64,000 nt of DNA from Elusimicrobiota bacterium. Lineage in GTDB: Bacteria; CG03; SLGR01; JAGXOG01. Made by a program: the position numbers and the translations under genes. Location of the stretch: the NCBI GenBank assembly GCA_051745145.1, contig JBNJDT010000005.1, forward strand, positions 1,096-65,095, given 5' to 3'. Numbering within the stretch: the stretch's first letter is position 1; every line of letters starts with the position of its first letter. This document shows positions 29,869 through 39,925 of the stretch, piece after piece. The notes beneath the pieces were generated by a model. The model saw nothing but the letters and a program-made list of their open reading frames with translations. It was not told where the DNA came from and did no database searches.

Positions 29869-30840
29869 ATGAAAAAATATATTTTACAGAGATTACTTTT
29901 ATTTATTCCCGTACTTGTAGGGATAACTGTAATCAGTTTTATTATTATGCATTTTACTCCGGGTTCGCCGGTGGATTCGGTTAAAATGAGCCCGGATGTG
30001 GATAGAAAAGCCCAGCAAAGGTTATATAAGACGTATGGTCTGGATAAACCCGTACATATTCAATATGTTAACTGGTTAAAAAGAGTAGTTACTCTGGATT
30101 TTGGCCGTTCTTTTAAAGACGGACGAAAAGTTACGGATAAGATCGCTGAACGCCTGCCAGCAACTTTACTTTTAAATATATGTTCTTTGATTCTTATTTT
30201 TATCATAGCTCTCCCGGTGGGGATAGTTTCAGCGGTTAAGCACAATACTCTATTAGATAAAGTCCTGGCTGTGGGAGTTTTTATGGGGTATTCCGTACCC
30301 ACGTTTGTCGTAGCTTTACTTTTAATGAATTTTTTCGGGGTGAAATTGGGCTGGCTGCCGGTCTCCGGCATGGTATCGGTTAATTATGAATTTCTATCGG
30401 GAGGCCAGAAAATTATAGATATTTTATCTCATCTAATACTTCCTGTGATTGCTTCGGCAATAGGGGGGCTGGCTTTTATGTCCCGGTATATGCGAAGTTC
30501 CATGCTGGAGGTAATAAGGGCAGATTATATAACAGCGGCCCGGTCCCGGGGAGTTGGGGAAAACCGGATTGTTTTTGTACACGCTCTTAAGAATGCTCTC
30601 ATTCCTCTTATAACGATAACCGGTTTGCTGATTCCCTCTCTTATAGGAGGATCGGTGGTATTTGAAACTATTTTTTCCTGGCCGGGTATGGGCCGACTGG
30701 CTTATAATGCTATTATGGCCCGGGACTATCCGGTGGTAATGGGAGTGGGGGTTATTATGGCTGTTATGACACTTTTGGGAAATTTAATGGCAGATATCGG
30801 TTATGCGGCGGCAGATCCCAGGATAAGATATAGAAAATGA
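29869..30840 (+). CDS. oppB: Oligopeptide/dipeptide ABC transporter permease
   Basis: OppB/DppB-type N-terminus (MKKYILQRLLLFIPVLVGITVISF) and an EAA-loop region. The ORF track starts at a TTG at 29857; the ATG at 29869 is preferred. Confidence 0.85.
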   Translation: MKKYILQRLLLFIPVLVGITVISFIIMHFTPGSPVDSVKMSPDVDRKAQQRLYKTYGLDKPVHIQYVNWLKRVVTLDFGRSFKDGRKVTDKIAERLPATLLLNICSLILIFIIALPVGIVSAVKHNTLLDKVLAVGVFMGYSVPTFVVALLLMNFFGVKLGWLPVSGMVSVNYEFLSGGQKIIDILSHLILPVIASAIGGLAFMSRYMRSSMLEVIRADYITAARSRGVGENRIVFVHALKNALIPLITITGLLIPSLIGGSVVFETIFSWPGMGRLAYNAIMARDYPVVMGVGVIMAVMTLLGNLMADIGYAAADPRIRYRK

Positions 30841-31670
30841 AATTATTTAGAATATTGCGAAATAAGATGGTTTTATCGGGCAGCGTAATAGTGGGGTTAT
30901 TGATACTTACCGCCGTATTTAACGGTTTACTTAAGACCCATCAGCCCCATAAACAAAATTTAAAAGACAGACTTAAAGGACCGTCGCAAGAATATATTAT
31001 GGGAACTGATGATTTAGGAAGAGATGTTTACTCTAGAATAGTAGAGGGCAGTAAAGTTTCCCTGACTGTGGGTATAGTGGCTGTTGGTATATCTATCTTA
31101 GTGGGAGTTCCTCTGGGCCTGGCGGCGGGTTTTTTCGGAGGGTGGACAGATAAAATAATAATGAGACTTGTAGATGTTATGCTCTGCTTTCCAACCATAT
31201 TCTTAGTGCTTATGGTTATAACGTTTTTAGAACCCAGTATAGTAAATGTCATGATAGTCATCGGGTTAACTTCCTGGCCGGGTTTAACCAGATATGTAAG
31301 AGGGGAAGCACTTTCGGTTAGAAATAAGGATTATATAAAGGCAGTACGGGCTATGGGGTTATCGAAAGTCAGAATACTTTTTGTACATATGCTCCCTAAT
31401 ACTATTGCCCCGGTACTGATAACAGCGACTCTGGGGGTGGGAACAGCTATATTGACAGAATCTATTCTCTCTTTTCTGGGGCTTGGCGTTCAACCGCCCG
31501 CTCCGTCCTGGGGGAATATATTGACTACCGGAAAAGATTATATGGGCAGAGAGGCCTGGTGGCTTATAGTATTTCCGGGGTTTTCTATTTTCATTACGGT
31601 GTTGGCTTTTAATCTGATAGGCGAAGGCTTAAGAGATGTTCTGGATCCCAGGAGTACAAATAAACCGTGA
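30837..31670 (+). CDS. oppC: Oligopeptide/dipeptide ABC transporter permease
   Basis: OppC/DppC-like, 277 aa. Overlaps oppB and oppD. Confidence 0.85.
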   Translation: MKLFRILRNKMVLSGSVIVGLLILTAVFNGLLKTHQPHKQNLKDRLKGPSQEYIMGTDDLGRDVYSRIVEGSKVSLTVGIVAVGISILVGVPLGLAAGFFGGWTDKIIMRLVDVMLCFPTIFLVLMVITFLEPSIVNVMIVIGLTSWPGLTRYVRGEALSVRNKDYIKAVRAMGLSKVRILFVHMLPNTIAPVLITATLGVGTAILTESILSFLGLGVQPPAPSWGNILTTGKDYMGREAWWLIVFPGFSIFITVLAFNLIGEGLRDVLDPRSTNKP

Positions 31671-32656
31671 GTGAACCGATTATTTTAGATATTAAAAATA
31701 GAACTTTTGAATATTCTTCTTCTTCCGGGCCCGTACCCGCTATTAGGGGAGTAAATCTATACCTAAAGTCCAAAGAGACGGTGGCTCTAATAGGTGAGTC
31801 CGGCTGCGGTAAATCCACGCTGGCGTTATCTATATTACGGTTGATAAATCCTGCCCAAAAGCAGAAAAGCGGCGGAAAAGTGATTTTAAAATCCGGTTCT
31901 TCCCGGGTAGATATAACCGGTTTATCAAAAAAGGATTTACAGAAGATCCGGGCCAATAAAATAGCCTTTGTTTTACAGGATCCTTTTAATACATTTAACC
32001 CGGTTATAAAGATCGGCCGGCAGCTGGAAGAAGCTTTTTTAACCCACCAGCCGTCGGAGCGTAAAAATTGCATGAGCAGTATTGTGGAAAAGCTCAATAT
32101 GGTTCATTTGCCCGATCCCGATAGAATAATAAATTCCTATCCCCATCAACTGTCCGGAGGAATGCTCCAGAGGGTGGGGATAGCAGCCGCTCTTATGCAC
32201 GAGCCTGAAATACTCATCGCCGATGAGCCCACCAGTAATTTGGATGTGACTATTCAGAAGAAAGTTCTCAATACCCTGCTTGAACTAAAAGAAATGTTAA
32301 ATTTGAGTATGCTGTATATAACCCATGATTTAAATCTAATTTCCAGTTTTGCAGATAGAATTTATATTCTGTACGCCGGAAAAATTGTGGAGACCGCTCC
32401 GGCAGAAGAAATTTTTAAAAACCCAGCCCATCCATATACCCGCGGGCTTTTGAATTCCCTGCCGGATATTAAAAATCCCGACCGAGAACTTAAACCTATA
32501 TCGGGCAGCGTTCCCGCGCCGGGTAATTTACCGGGAGGCTGTTCTTTTAATCCGCGGTGTCCGTTAAAAGACGGAAAATGTGAAAAAAATGACCCAAAAT
32601 TAAAAAAGGTACCCGGGGCGAATTCTGAGCGCAGGGTGAGGTGCTTTAAGGTATGA
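31667..32656 (+). CDS. oppD: Oligopeptide/dipeptide ABC transporter ATPase
   Basis: GESGCGKST, LSGGMLQRV, LIADEPTSNLD, and an OppD-type C-terminal cysteine-containing extension. Confidence 0.9.
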   Translation: MSEPIILDIKNRTFEYSSSSGPVPAIRGVNLYLKSKETVALIGESGCGKSTLALSILRLINPAQKQKSGGKVILKSGSSRVDITGLSKKDLQKIRANKIAFVLQDPFNTFNPVIKIGRQLEEAFLTHQPSERKNCMSSIVEKLNMVHLPDPDRIINSYPHQLSGGMLQRVGIAAALMHEPEILIADEPTSNLDVTIQKKVLNTLLELKEMLNLSMLYITHDLNLISSFADRIYILYAGKIVETAPAEEIFKNPAHPYTRGLLNSLPDIKNPDRELKPISGSVPAPGNLPGGCSFNPRCPLKDGKCEKNDPKLKKVPGANSERRVRCFKV

Positions 32657-33432
32657 AGGATAAAAATATTCTCTTAGCGGGAAAAGATATTAAAAAAAAA
32701 TATATTCCCGAGGATTTTTTAGGTACCAGAAGAAAGAAAGTAATAGCTGTTGACGGGGTGAGTTTTAAAATAAGAGAAGGTGAAATTTTAGGTATAGTAG
32801 GAGAATCGGGAAGCGGTAAATCTACGCTGGCTCGACTTATATGTGGGCTTGAAGATGTGAGCTCGGGGGAATTAAACTGGAAAAAATATTTAGATAACCG
32901 GAAAGTTTATCCGGCCCAGATGGTTTTTCAAAATCCGTATAATTCTTTAAATCCCAAGTTAAAAATAGGATATATCTTAAAGGAGGCCCTGAGACTATCC
33001 CATTCTGAGATTGCTGAAAAAGCAGTAGAAAAAAATATTAAAAATCTTTTGCGGGAAGTTGGGCTGCCCGGTGTGGGCCTTAAAGACTATCCCCATCAAT
33101 TGTCCGGAGGCCAAAAACAGAGGGTGGTAATAGCCCGGGCTCTGGCCTTAACTCCGAAATTACTTGTATGTGACGAACCGGTTTCCGCTCTTGATATTTC
33201 CGTTCAGGCCCAGATTGTTAAATTATTGAAAAAATTAAACAGGGAAGAAAATTTATCTATTGTATTTATTGCCCATGATATAGAGATAGTGGGAGCGATT
33301 TCTGAAAATATTGCAGTGATGAAAGAGGGGGAAATTGTTGAATACGGCACCAAAGAAAAAATACTTAAAAATCCCGATAATGAATACACCAAGAAATTAA
33401 TAGAAGCCGTCCCCAGAAATCCATGGATCTGA
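32653..33432 (+). CDS. oppF: Oligopeptide/dipeptide ABC transporter ATPase
   Basis: GESGSGKST, LSGGQKQRV, LVCDEPVSALD, IAHDI. Confidence 0.9.
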   Translation: MKDKNILLAGKDIKKKYIPEDFLGTRRKKVIAVDGVSFKIREGEILGIVGESGSGKSTLARLICGLEDVSSGELNWKKYLDNRKVYPAQMVFQNPYNSLNPKLKIGYILKEALRLSHSEIAEKAVEKNIKNLLREVGLPGVGLKDYPHQLSGGQKQRVVIARALALTPKLLVCDEPVSALDISVQAQIVKLLKKLNREENLSIVFIAHDIEIVGAISENIAVMKEGEIVEYGTKEKILKNPDNEYTKKLIEAVPRNPWI

Positions 33433-35603
33433 GTTTTGATAAAAATAAAAGATTAGTTTTAGGGGCTGTATTTTTAATTTTTACTGTAATATATTTAATA
33501 ACCGTCTGCCCTACCGTACCCCCGTATAGAGACAGCGGAGAATTAATTACGGCTGCCCAGACTTTAAGTATAGCACATTCTCCGGGATATCCTCTGTATA
33601 TGATAGTGGGTAAGTTTTTTATCACAGCCGGTGATTTATTAGGGCTTTCTCCGGCGTTAAGTATGAATCTTTTATCGGCCGTAGCCACGGCGGCTGCAGT
33701 AACCCTGTTATTTTATATTATATATTTTTTAACGGGAAGTATGGCCTCTGCGATCCTGGGCAGTTTTCTCACCGGGCTTTCCTATGTTGTCTGGCTTTTG
33801 GCCGTAGTATCTGAGATGTATGCCCTGAATCTTTTGATGGTGGTGTTTTTAATTTACCTGTTTTTAAAGAAAAAGTATTTACTGGGCAGTTTTGTTTTAG
33901 GACTTACTCTGGGAAATCATCTTACTGCTGTTTTTGCCGCTTTGCCGCTCTTATTTTATGCCGTTAAAAGTACTGAATTTAAAAGAATAAATGTTTGGAG
34001 AATTATTATATTTTTCGGCCTGGGGATTTCAGTATATTTATATCTACCTATAAGAGCGCTGGCGGAGCCGTTTATAAACTGGGGGGATCCCTCTGACATA
34101 TCCGGAGTGATTAGTGTTATTACCCGCGAAGGATACGGACACACTTTGGATCTTGTATCTAAAGAGGTAACTTTAGGGCAGGTTTTAGGACCACAACTGT
34201 GGATATTTTTTAAAGCTTTAGTAAGAGATTTAACGCCGGCGGGTATTTTTTTGGCTCTTACAGCGGTTTATTTGGGTTTCAAAAAAAAGAAGCAGAAAAA
34301 AACGGTAATTTTATTTTCGGCCATATTTTTATTGACCGGGCCCCTGTTTATATATATGGCCAAAATGCCGGTAAACCCCCACGCCCGGGCAATAGTTGAA
34401 GTGGGGTATATTCTCCCTGAGATGGCTCTTTTAGTTTTAGCGGCTGTGGGTCTTAAATTGCTGATAAAAGATCCGGACCGCCCGGCGATATTTTTAATAA
34501 TAGGAGCCATTATTATCTTCAGGTTTTTATCTACCCATCCTAAAGTAGATAAAAGCGATAATTACCTGGCCAGGAATTATGCTATTGACATATTGACTGC
34601 AGTCGAGGATAAATCCGCCGTATTCTTGAGAAAAGATCATACTCTTTTTGCTATGTGGTATATGAATTTTGTGGAAGAATACCGCCCGGAAGTTAAAGTT
34701 ATATCCAAAGGGCTTATATCGGCAAAATGGTACCGCGAAAAACTCAGAAAAGAATATCCGAATTTATACTGGAGTGAAGATTACTATTCCGATGAGAGTT
34801 ACATAGATACATTTATAAATAGAAATAGCGAGCAGCTTAATATCTATTTAACTCCGGCTGCCGCAATGGAATTAGATGGAAAATTTTATGAAAAATGGGA
34901 CATTAAACCGTATGGACTTGTATCTAAAATATTACTTCAAAATGAAAAATATGACCCGAAAACAGTTATAAAGAAAAATAGAGCAATTATTGAAAAATCC
35001 GAAACCTATAATACAGAAAAATATTATGATTTTTTTAGCAGGGATATTATTAAAAATTATGCTATATTCTACAGTAGGCTGGGCAGAGAATTTTTAAACC
35101 GGAAAAAAACTGAACGTTTAAAAAAGCTATATAACTATCGGTACTGGTATGAGAAGGCAATGGAGACAGCTCCGGAATTTCCCGATCCGTATATTGATCT
35201 GGCTTACGGTTTTTATAGGCAAAATAACTTAAATGAAGCAAGCCGTTTATATGAGGAGGGAACAGCTAAATTAGAAGCTAAGATGGAGCAGTATACCCGA
35301 AAAAGTGCTTTCCACGGGCGTTTGGCGGAATCCTATAATAATTTAGGATCAGTTTATGAAAAAAAATATAGACAAGATGGCCAGGAGAAAAATTTTAAGC
35401 TGGCCCTGGAAAGTTATAATTTGGCTTTAAAATACCGCCCTAACTTTTCCCGGGTTTATTATAATAAAGGAGTCCTTTTTTGGAATCGGGATTGGCAAAA
35501 AAGTGCCCGGAATTTTAAGAAAGTTTTAGAATATAATCCCGAAAATAATAAAGCCCGCAATTTTTATCGCAGGGCTATAAAAAATTTGCCAAAACAGAAG
35601 TAA
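33423..35603 (+). CDS. Polytopic membrane protein of the DUF2723 / PMT-like glycosyltransferase-like family, with a C-terminal TPR domain
   Basis: About 11 predicted TM helices in the N-terminal 380 aa (…PPYRDSGELITAAQTLSIAHSPGYPLY…), followed by TPR-like repeats. Overlaps the oppF stop by 10 nt. Confidence 0.55.
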   Translation: MDLSFDKNKRLVLGAVFLIFTVIYLITVCPTVPPYRDSGELITAAQTLSIAHSPGYPLYMIVGKFFITAGDLLGLSPALSMNLLSAVATAAAVTLLFYIIYFLTGSMASAILGSFLTGLSYVVWLLAVVSEMYALNLLMVVFLIYLFLKKKYLLGSFVLGLTLGNHLTAVFAALPLLFYAVKSTEFKRINVWRIIIFFGLGISVYLYLPIRALAEPFINWGDPSDISGVISVITREGYGHTLDLVSKEVTLGQVLGPQLWIFFKALVRDLTPAGIFLALTAVYLGFKKKKQKKTVILFSAIFLLTGPLFIYMAKMPVNPHARAIVEVGYILPEMALLVLAAVGLKLLIKDPDRPAIFLIIGAIIIFRFLSTHPKVDKSDNYLARNYAIDILTAVEDKSAVFLRKDHTLFAMWYMNFVEEYRPEVKVISKGLISAKWYREKLRKEYPNLYWSEDYYSDESYIDTFINRNSEQLNIYLTPAAAMELDGKFYEKWDIKPYGLVSKILLQNEKYDPKTVIKKNRAIIEKSETYNTEKYYDFFSRDIIKNYAIFYSRLGREFLNRKKTERLKKLYNYRYWYEKAMETAPEFPDPYIDLAYGFYRQNNLNEASRLYEEGTAKLEAKMEQYTRKSAFHGRLAESYNNLGSVYEKKYRQDGQEKNFKLALESYNLALKYRPNFSRVYYNKGVLFWNRDWQKSARNFKKVLEYNPENNKARNFYRRAIKNLPKQK

Positions 35604-35622
35604 TTATGTATATTATTAGACC

Positions 35623-36630
35623 ATGATTTTAAATTTTTTAGGTCAATTAAGATTTCTTGGCGGTGTATATCTGGGCTGGGGTGTGGGAGCTAATGATAAT
35701 GCCAACATATTCGGTCCGGCAGTAGCTACTAACGCTATAAAATACAAAACAGCCGTAATGCTTGGAGCTGCTTTTGTGCTTTTGGGAGCGTTGGTTGAAG
35801 GGCCGGATCTTATGGGAAGTGTGTCAGGGATTGCCGGCACTCAGTTTTCTACAAGTGAAATAGGGGCAGTAAACCTTGCTTTTGCCGCCTCTATAGCAGC
35901 AGCCATAACTATAACAATTTTAACCTATCTTTCTATCCCCGCTTCAACTTCTCAGGCTTCCATAGGCAGTATATTTGGAATAAGTATCGCATTGTCCGGC
36001 CTGGGCGGAGCCGAGTGGAGCGAATTTTCCAAAATGTTTGTAGTATGGGTAGTAAATCCGCCGCTGACAGCTTTAATAGCCTTTATACTGTATAAGTCTC
36101 TGGCCGTGCCCGTAAACTATTTTATAAAATCTGATATATGGTACAACAGAGTTTTTTCAACCCTTTTAATATTGAGCGGCTCTTATGGGGCCTACACCCT
36201 GGGGGCTTCTCATGCAGCTGTTACCACTGCTCCTTTTTTAGAAAGCGGAGTATTTGATAAGATGAGTGCATTTATTGGTTTAAGTGCTCCTTTTATTGCA
36301 TCGGCTGCCGGGGGAATTGGGATGGCTCTGGGAGTTTTGACCTATTCTAAAAAAGTTATGAGAACTGTGGGTAAAAAGATCACGGTTCTGGATCATTTCT
36401 CGGCATTTGTGGCAGTATTGGGAGCGGCTTTAACCGTACATATATGTAAAACCATCGGGGTGCCGGTTTCAACTTCCCAGGCCATAGTGGGGGCCATTAC
36501 CGGGGTGGGTATTGTCAAAGGCTCTAAAACCGTCAATTTCAGTTCTTTAAAATCTATTTTTCTGGGATGGGTGATGACCCCCGTTGCCGGCGCTGTATTC
36601 TGTTATCTTATACTGAATATTTTTTATTAA
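35623..36630 (+). CDS. PiT-family inorganic phosphate/sulfate transporter
   Basis: GANDNAN signature (GVGANDNANIFGPAV). 335-aa polytopic membrane protein. Confidence 0.8.
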   Translation: MILNFLGQLRFLGGVYLGWGVGANDNANIFGPAVATNAIKYKTAVMLGAAFVLLGALVEGPDLMGSVSGIAGTQFSTSEIGAVNLAFAASIAAAITITILTYLSIPASTSQASIGSIFGISIALSGLGGAEWSEFSKMFVVWVVNPPLTALIAFILYKSLAVPVNYFIKSDIWYNRVFSTLLILSGSYGAYTLGASHAAVTTAPFLESGVFDKMSAFIGLSAPFIASAAGGIGMALGVLTYSKKVMRTVGKKITVLDHFSAFVAVLGAALTVHICKTIGVPVSTSQAIVGAITGVGIVKGSKTVNFSSLKSIFLGWVMTPVAGAVFCYLILNIFY

Positions 36631-37148
36631 TGAAAAACAGTAAAGTTAAATTTAAACTGCATACTCCCGATACAAAATCGGGTCTGTATGTAGCTCCAAG
36701 CGCAGTAATTATTGGAGAGGTTACTCTGGCTCAAAAGTCATCTGTATGGCCGAATTCGGTATTGAGGGGGGACGTGGATAAGATTGTTGTGGGAAAAAGA
36801 TCCAATATACAGGACGGCACGGTCATACATACCAGTCCGGAGCTGCCGGTTTTGGTAGGGAATAATGTAACTATAGGCCACCGGGCGATAATCCACGGCA
36901 GCAAAGTTAAAGACAATTCTCTTATAGGTATGGGGGCGATCCTTTTAGATGGCAGTGAAGTGGGGGAGAATACAATAATAGCCGCCGGTTCCGTAGTACC
37001 GGAAAACAAAAAATTAAAATCCGGTAAGGTTTATATGGGGATCCCTGCAACTGTATCTCGATCCATTACGGACCAAGAGAAAGAAATGATAAATGACCGG
37101 GCTGTTGAATATGAAAAATTAGCCGCTAACTATGTAAGTGAAGGTTAA
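36630..37148 (+). CDS. Gamma-carbonic-anhydrase-family hexapeptide-repeat protein (YrdA/PaaY-like)
   Basis: Left-handed beta-helix repeats and an HTS...GHRAIIHG region. The ATG at 36630 overlaps the upstream stop (taATG). The ORF-track start at 36567 is probably too far upstream. Confidence 0.75.
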   Translation: MKNSKVKFKLHTPDTKSGLYVAPSAVIIGEVTLAQKSSVWPNSVLRGDVDKIVVGKRSNIQDGTVIHTSPELPVLVGNNVTIGHRAIIHGSKVKDNSLIGMGAILLDGSEVGENTIIAAGSVVPENKKLKSGKVYMGIPATVSRSITDQEKEMINDRAVEYEKLAANYVSEG

Positions 37149-38499
37149 AAAAAGAATGAGGGCTCCTATCAAAAAAAGTCTAATAGTATTATATATTTTA
37201 ATGTTAGCTGCACCAGTAGTCCGGTCCTCCCAATTATCTCTCTATTCTTTAGATTCCCGGGTGATGGCTTTGGGGGGAGCCGGAGCTGCCCTAGAAAATT
37301 TAAACTCTTCTTTAAGTGTTAACCCCGGGGAGATGGCTCGAAGAAATCACTATAAATACAGCTTATTTTATAAAAATATAGATCGTGAAACGCATATCGG
37401 ATATTCAGAATATATCCTTCCCCTTGGATCCTGGGTATCTATTGGAGCGGGTACTTCTGTTAACTTTACGGACATGGATAATTATCTCCAGATTCACAGG
37501 TTTGGTCTGGGGTTTGATATTTTAAAAGTTTTATCATTCGGAGTTTCTCCTAATATTAAAGTAAAAGAGACTTCTCAGGGGTCCGGGGAAGTAGCCGGAA
37601 TAGACGGCGGCATATTATTATCACCTCTGGAGTGGTTAAATATAGGGGTCTCTGCTAAAAATATAAATTATCCCGAAATGGAGTTTGAAAATGTGAGTTC
37701 TACGGTAACTTTTCCGGGAAAAATTAAGGGGGGGATCAATATCTTTTATTCGGATTATTTTAATATTGTAGCGGATGTGTTAATAGAAGATTTTAGGGAA
37801 GAATACGGTGAATATAGTTTAAGAAAAGTTTTTGGGATAGAAATATTTCCGTTTAAGGGGTTGGCTTTAAGAGGGGGAATGGTAAAAGACGAGTGGCAGG
37901 TCGGTCTGGGAATTAATTCTCCGGCTGTGGATTTGTCTTATTCGTATAATAATAATGAGATTTTTGAACATTCCCTGCAGTATACCAGAAAATTTGGGAT
38001 TCCTCCATCAATTCAAGAAAAAGAAATACAGAAAAAAGAAGAAAAATTAAGTAAAGATAAACTTTACCTTAAAGCTCTTACCTATTATAATAATAATGAA
38101 ATTGCCAGGGCCCGGGCTAAAAAAGAGGAATATGTCCAGGAGTACGGCGCTGATGAACGCATCAATGAGCTAAAGCAGGATATAAATCGCTGGCTGGCAG
38201 AGAATAGAAAAGAAAAACTGGAACAGGCGGAAAAGCTTGAAAGCAAGGTGCTGGAATTTTATTACCAGGGCCGGATTGACGATGCCAGAAAGGAGCTTGA
38301 GAATATAAAGGTTCTGGCCCCTGAGTACGGACCTATTAAGTACTTAGAACATCTTCTCCGAGCGCAGGAATTACTTGAAGAAGGGGAATACAGCGCCGCC
38401 GAGCAGGAATTAGTTGAAGCATTAAAATTAAATCCGGACAGTGATCATGTTCCGGCTTTACATAGAAGATTACAGGAGGTATTAAAATTACGTGAATAG
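37138..38499 (+). CDS. Secreted hypothetical protein: putative beta-rich outer-membrane domain plus a C-terminal helical/TPR-like region
   Basis: Signal peptide, then an N-terminal LGGAGAAL motif and alternating hydrophobic beta-like segments. The C-terminal ~150 aa are helical with TPR-like character. Confidence 0.45.
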   Translation: MKVKKRMRAPIKKSLIVLYILMLAAPVVRSSQLSLYSLDSRVMALGGAGAALENLNSSLSVNPGEMARRNHYKYSLFYKNIDRETHIGYSEYILPLGSWVSIGAGTSVNFTDMDNYLQIHRFGLGFDILKVLSFGVSPNIKVKETSQGSGEVAGIDGGILLSPLEWLNIGVSAKNINYPEMEFENVSSTVTFPGKIKGGINIFYSDYFNIVADVLIEDFREEYGEYSLRKVFGIEIFPFKGLALRGGMVKDEWQVGLGINSPAVDLSYSYNNNEIFEHSLQYTRKFGIPPSIQEKEIQKKEEKLSKDKLYLKALTYYNNNEIARARAKKEEYVQEYGADERINELKQDINRWLAENRKEKLEQAEKLESKVLEFYYQGRIDDARKELENIKVLAPEYGPIKYLEHLLRAQELLEEGEYSAAEQELVEALKLNPDSDHVPALHRRLQEVLKLRE

Positions 38500-39925
38500 C
38501 ATACAAAAACATTTATATCTTATTTTAGTTTTATTATTTTTAGTTTCACCTTTAAATTTAGTTTTTGCCCAGGACGACGGTTTAATGGATAGGGCAATTA
38601 AGAATTATCTGGGAGGGGATTACCAGGGAGCCATCCAGGGCTTTGAACGAATTCTTGAAAATGAAGATAATCCCGAGGCCCGCCGCCTGCTTTTTAAGTC
38701 GATAGTTGAAGAGGGAAAGAATAATTTTGAGAATGAAAACTTTGAAAAGGCAAAAGAATATTTTCTGCGGGCTGAAGAATTATATCCCGATGATGAAGAG
38801 GTCAAAAATTATTTAGAAGAATTAGAAGAGGGAGAAGATAAAGAACCGGAAGAAAAACAGGAGTCATCCGGTTCCCCGGCCGATTCCAATCTGGAGGAAT
38901 TAATTGTAGAATTGAGAAACCAGATCTCCCGGGAAAGAGCGGCAAAGAATAGGTATAGGAATACAATTAATACTCTTTCCACTCAAAAAAATAGTTTGGA
39001 AGAATCTTTAAATACAACAAAAGAGAAACTTGCCCAGACCGAATCGCAACTAAAATCTATGGCGGAAAATCTTGAAGAAGACGATATGGCTCTAGGCTGG
39101 ATAGGTTATGGAATCGGGGGGGTAGCCTTAATTATCGGGGTAGTTCTTATAATAATACTCAGGAAAGTCTATTTTACATCTAATGAGAGTATTTATCAGC
39201 TTGACGAGCTTGAAGATCGCATCTTAGGCCGGCTCGAAGAGGCCGAAGAGGAATCCGAAGAACTTGAAGAAAGAGTTTCCAGAAGTATAAACCAGATGGT
39301 TAAGGGACAACAAGAAGCTGTAAAACAGATTTCCCATTCTGCGGCAGGTAAGACCCAGGAGGATATAGAACAGATAAAAAATGAATTAGAAAATCAATTT
39401 TCCAGGCAGCAGGAAAAGCTGCTTGAGCTTCTCAATATGCAGGCCAGAGCCCTATCCTCTGAACAGACAGAAAAGGTGGAACTTAAAAGCGGGAGGGTAA
39501 TAACTGATGTAAATCCTCATGTAAGGGCCAGAGCGGATGGAGTGGAGATGATCCCCAAGACCGTAAGTGATCCCAATGTCGCCCAGAAAATGCTGAAACC
39601 GTATTTGTCGGATTCCAATAATCGGGTAAGAGCTAATGCCTGTGTAGCTATACATCAATACAATCCCGAGCTGGCTGTAGAGACTTTAGAAAAGATGGCC
39701 GACAGTCCCAATAAATGGATGAGACTTTCAGCCGCCTGGGCTTTAGGAGAAATAGCAACTCCCAAGGTTACCCATATATTAAGGAAACTGCTTGATGATG
39801 TGGATGATAGGGTTAAAGAAAAAGCCATGGAAGCATTTGAGAATATGGCGGAGGTCAAACAGGAGGCCGGTTCTGAAATAAGAAAAATGATAGATCGTAT
39901 TCAGAAAGAACAGGAAGAAGAATGA
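38492..39925 (+). CDS. Hypothetical envelope protein: signal peptide, TPR, coiled coil, one TM, and C-terminal HEAT-like repeats
   Basis: Signal peptide, a TPR-like N-terminus, a coiled coil, a TM segment (WIGYGIGGVALIIGVVLIIIL), and C-terminal HEAT/PBS-lyase-like repeats (VRANACVAI..., MRLSAAWALGEI..., DRVKEKAMEAF). Confidence 0.5.
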   Translation: MNSIQKHLYLILVLLFLVSPLNLVFAQDDGLMDRAIKNYLGGDYQGAIQGFERILENEDNPEARRLLFKSIVEEGKNNFENENFEKAKEYFLRAEELYPDDEEVKNYLEELEEGEDKEPEEKQESSGSPADSNLEELIVELRNQISRERAAKNRYRNTINTLSTQKNSLEESLNTTKEKLAQTESQLKSMAENLEEDDMALGWIGYGIGGVALIIGVVLIIILRKVYFTSNESIYQLDELEDRILGRLEEAEEESEELEERVSRSINQMVKGQQEAVKQISHSAAGKTQEDIEQIKNELENQFSRQQEKLLELLNMQARALSSEQTEKVELKSGRVITDVNPHVRARADGVEMIPKTVSDPNVAQKMLKPYLSDSNNRVRANACVAIHQYNPELAVETLEKMADSPNKWMRLSAAWALGEIATPKVTHILRKLLDDVDDRVKEKAMEAFENMAEVKQEAGSEIRKMIDRIQKEQEEE

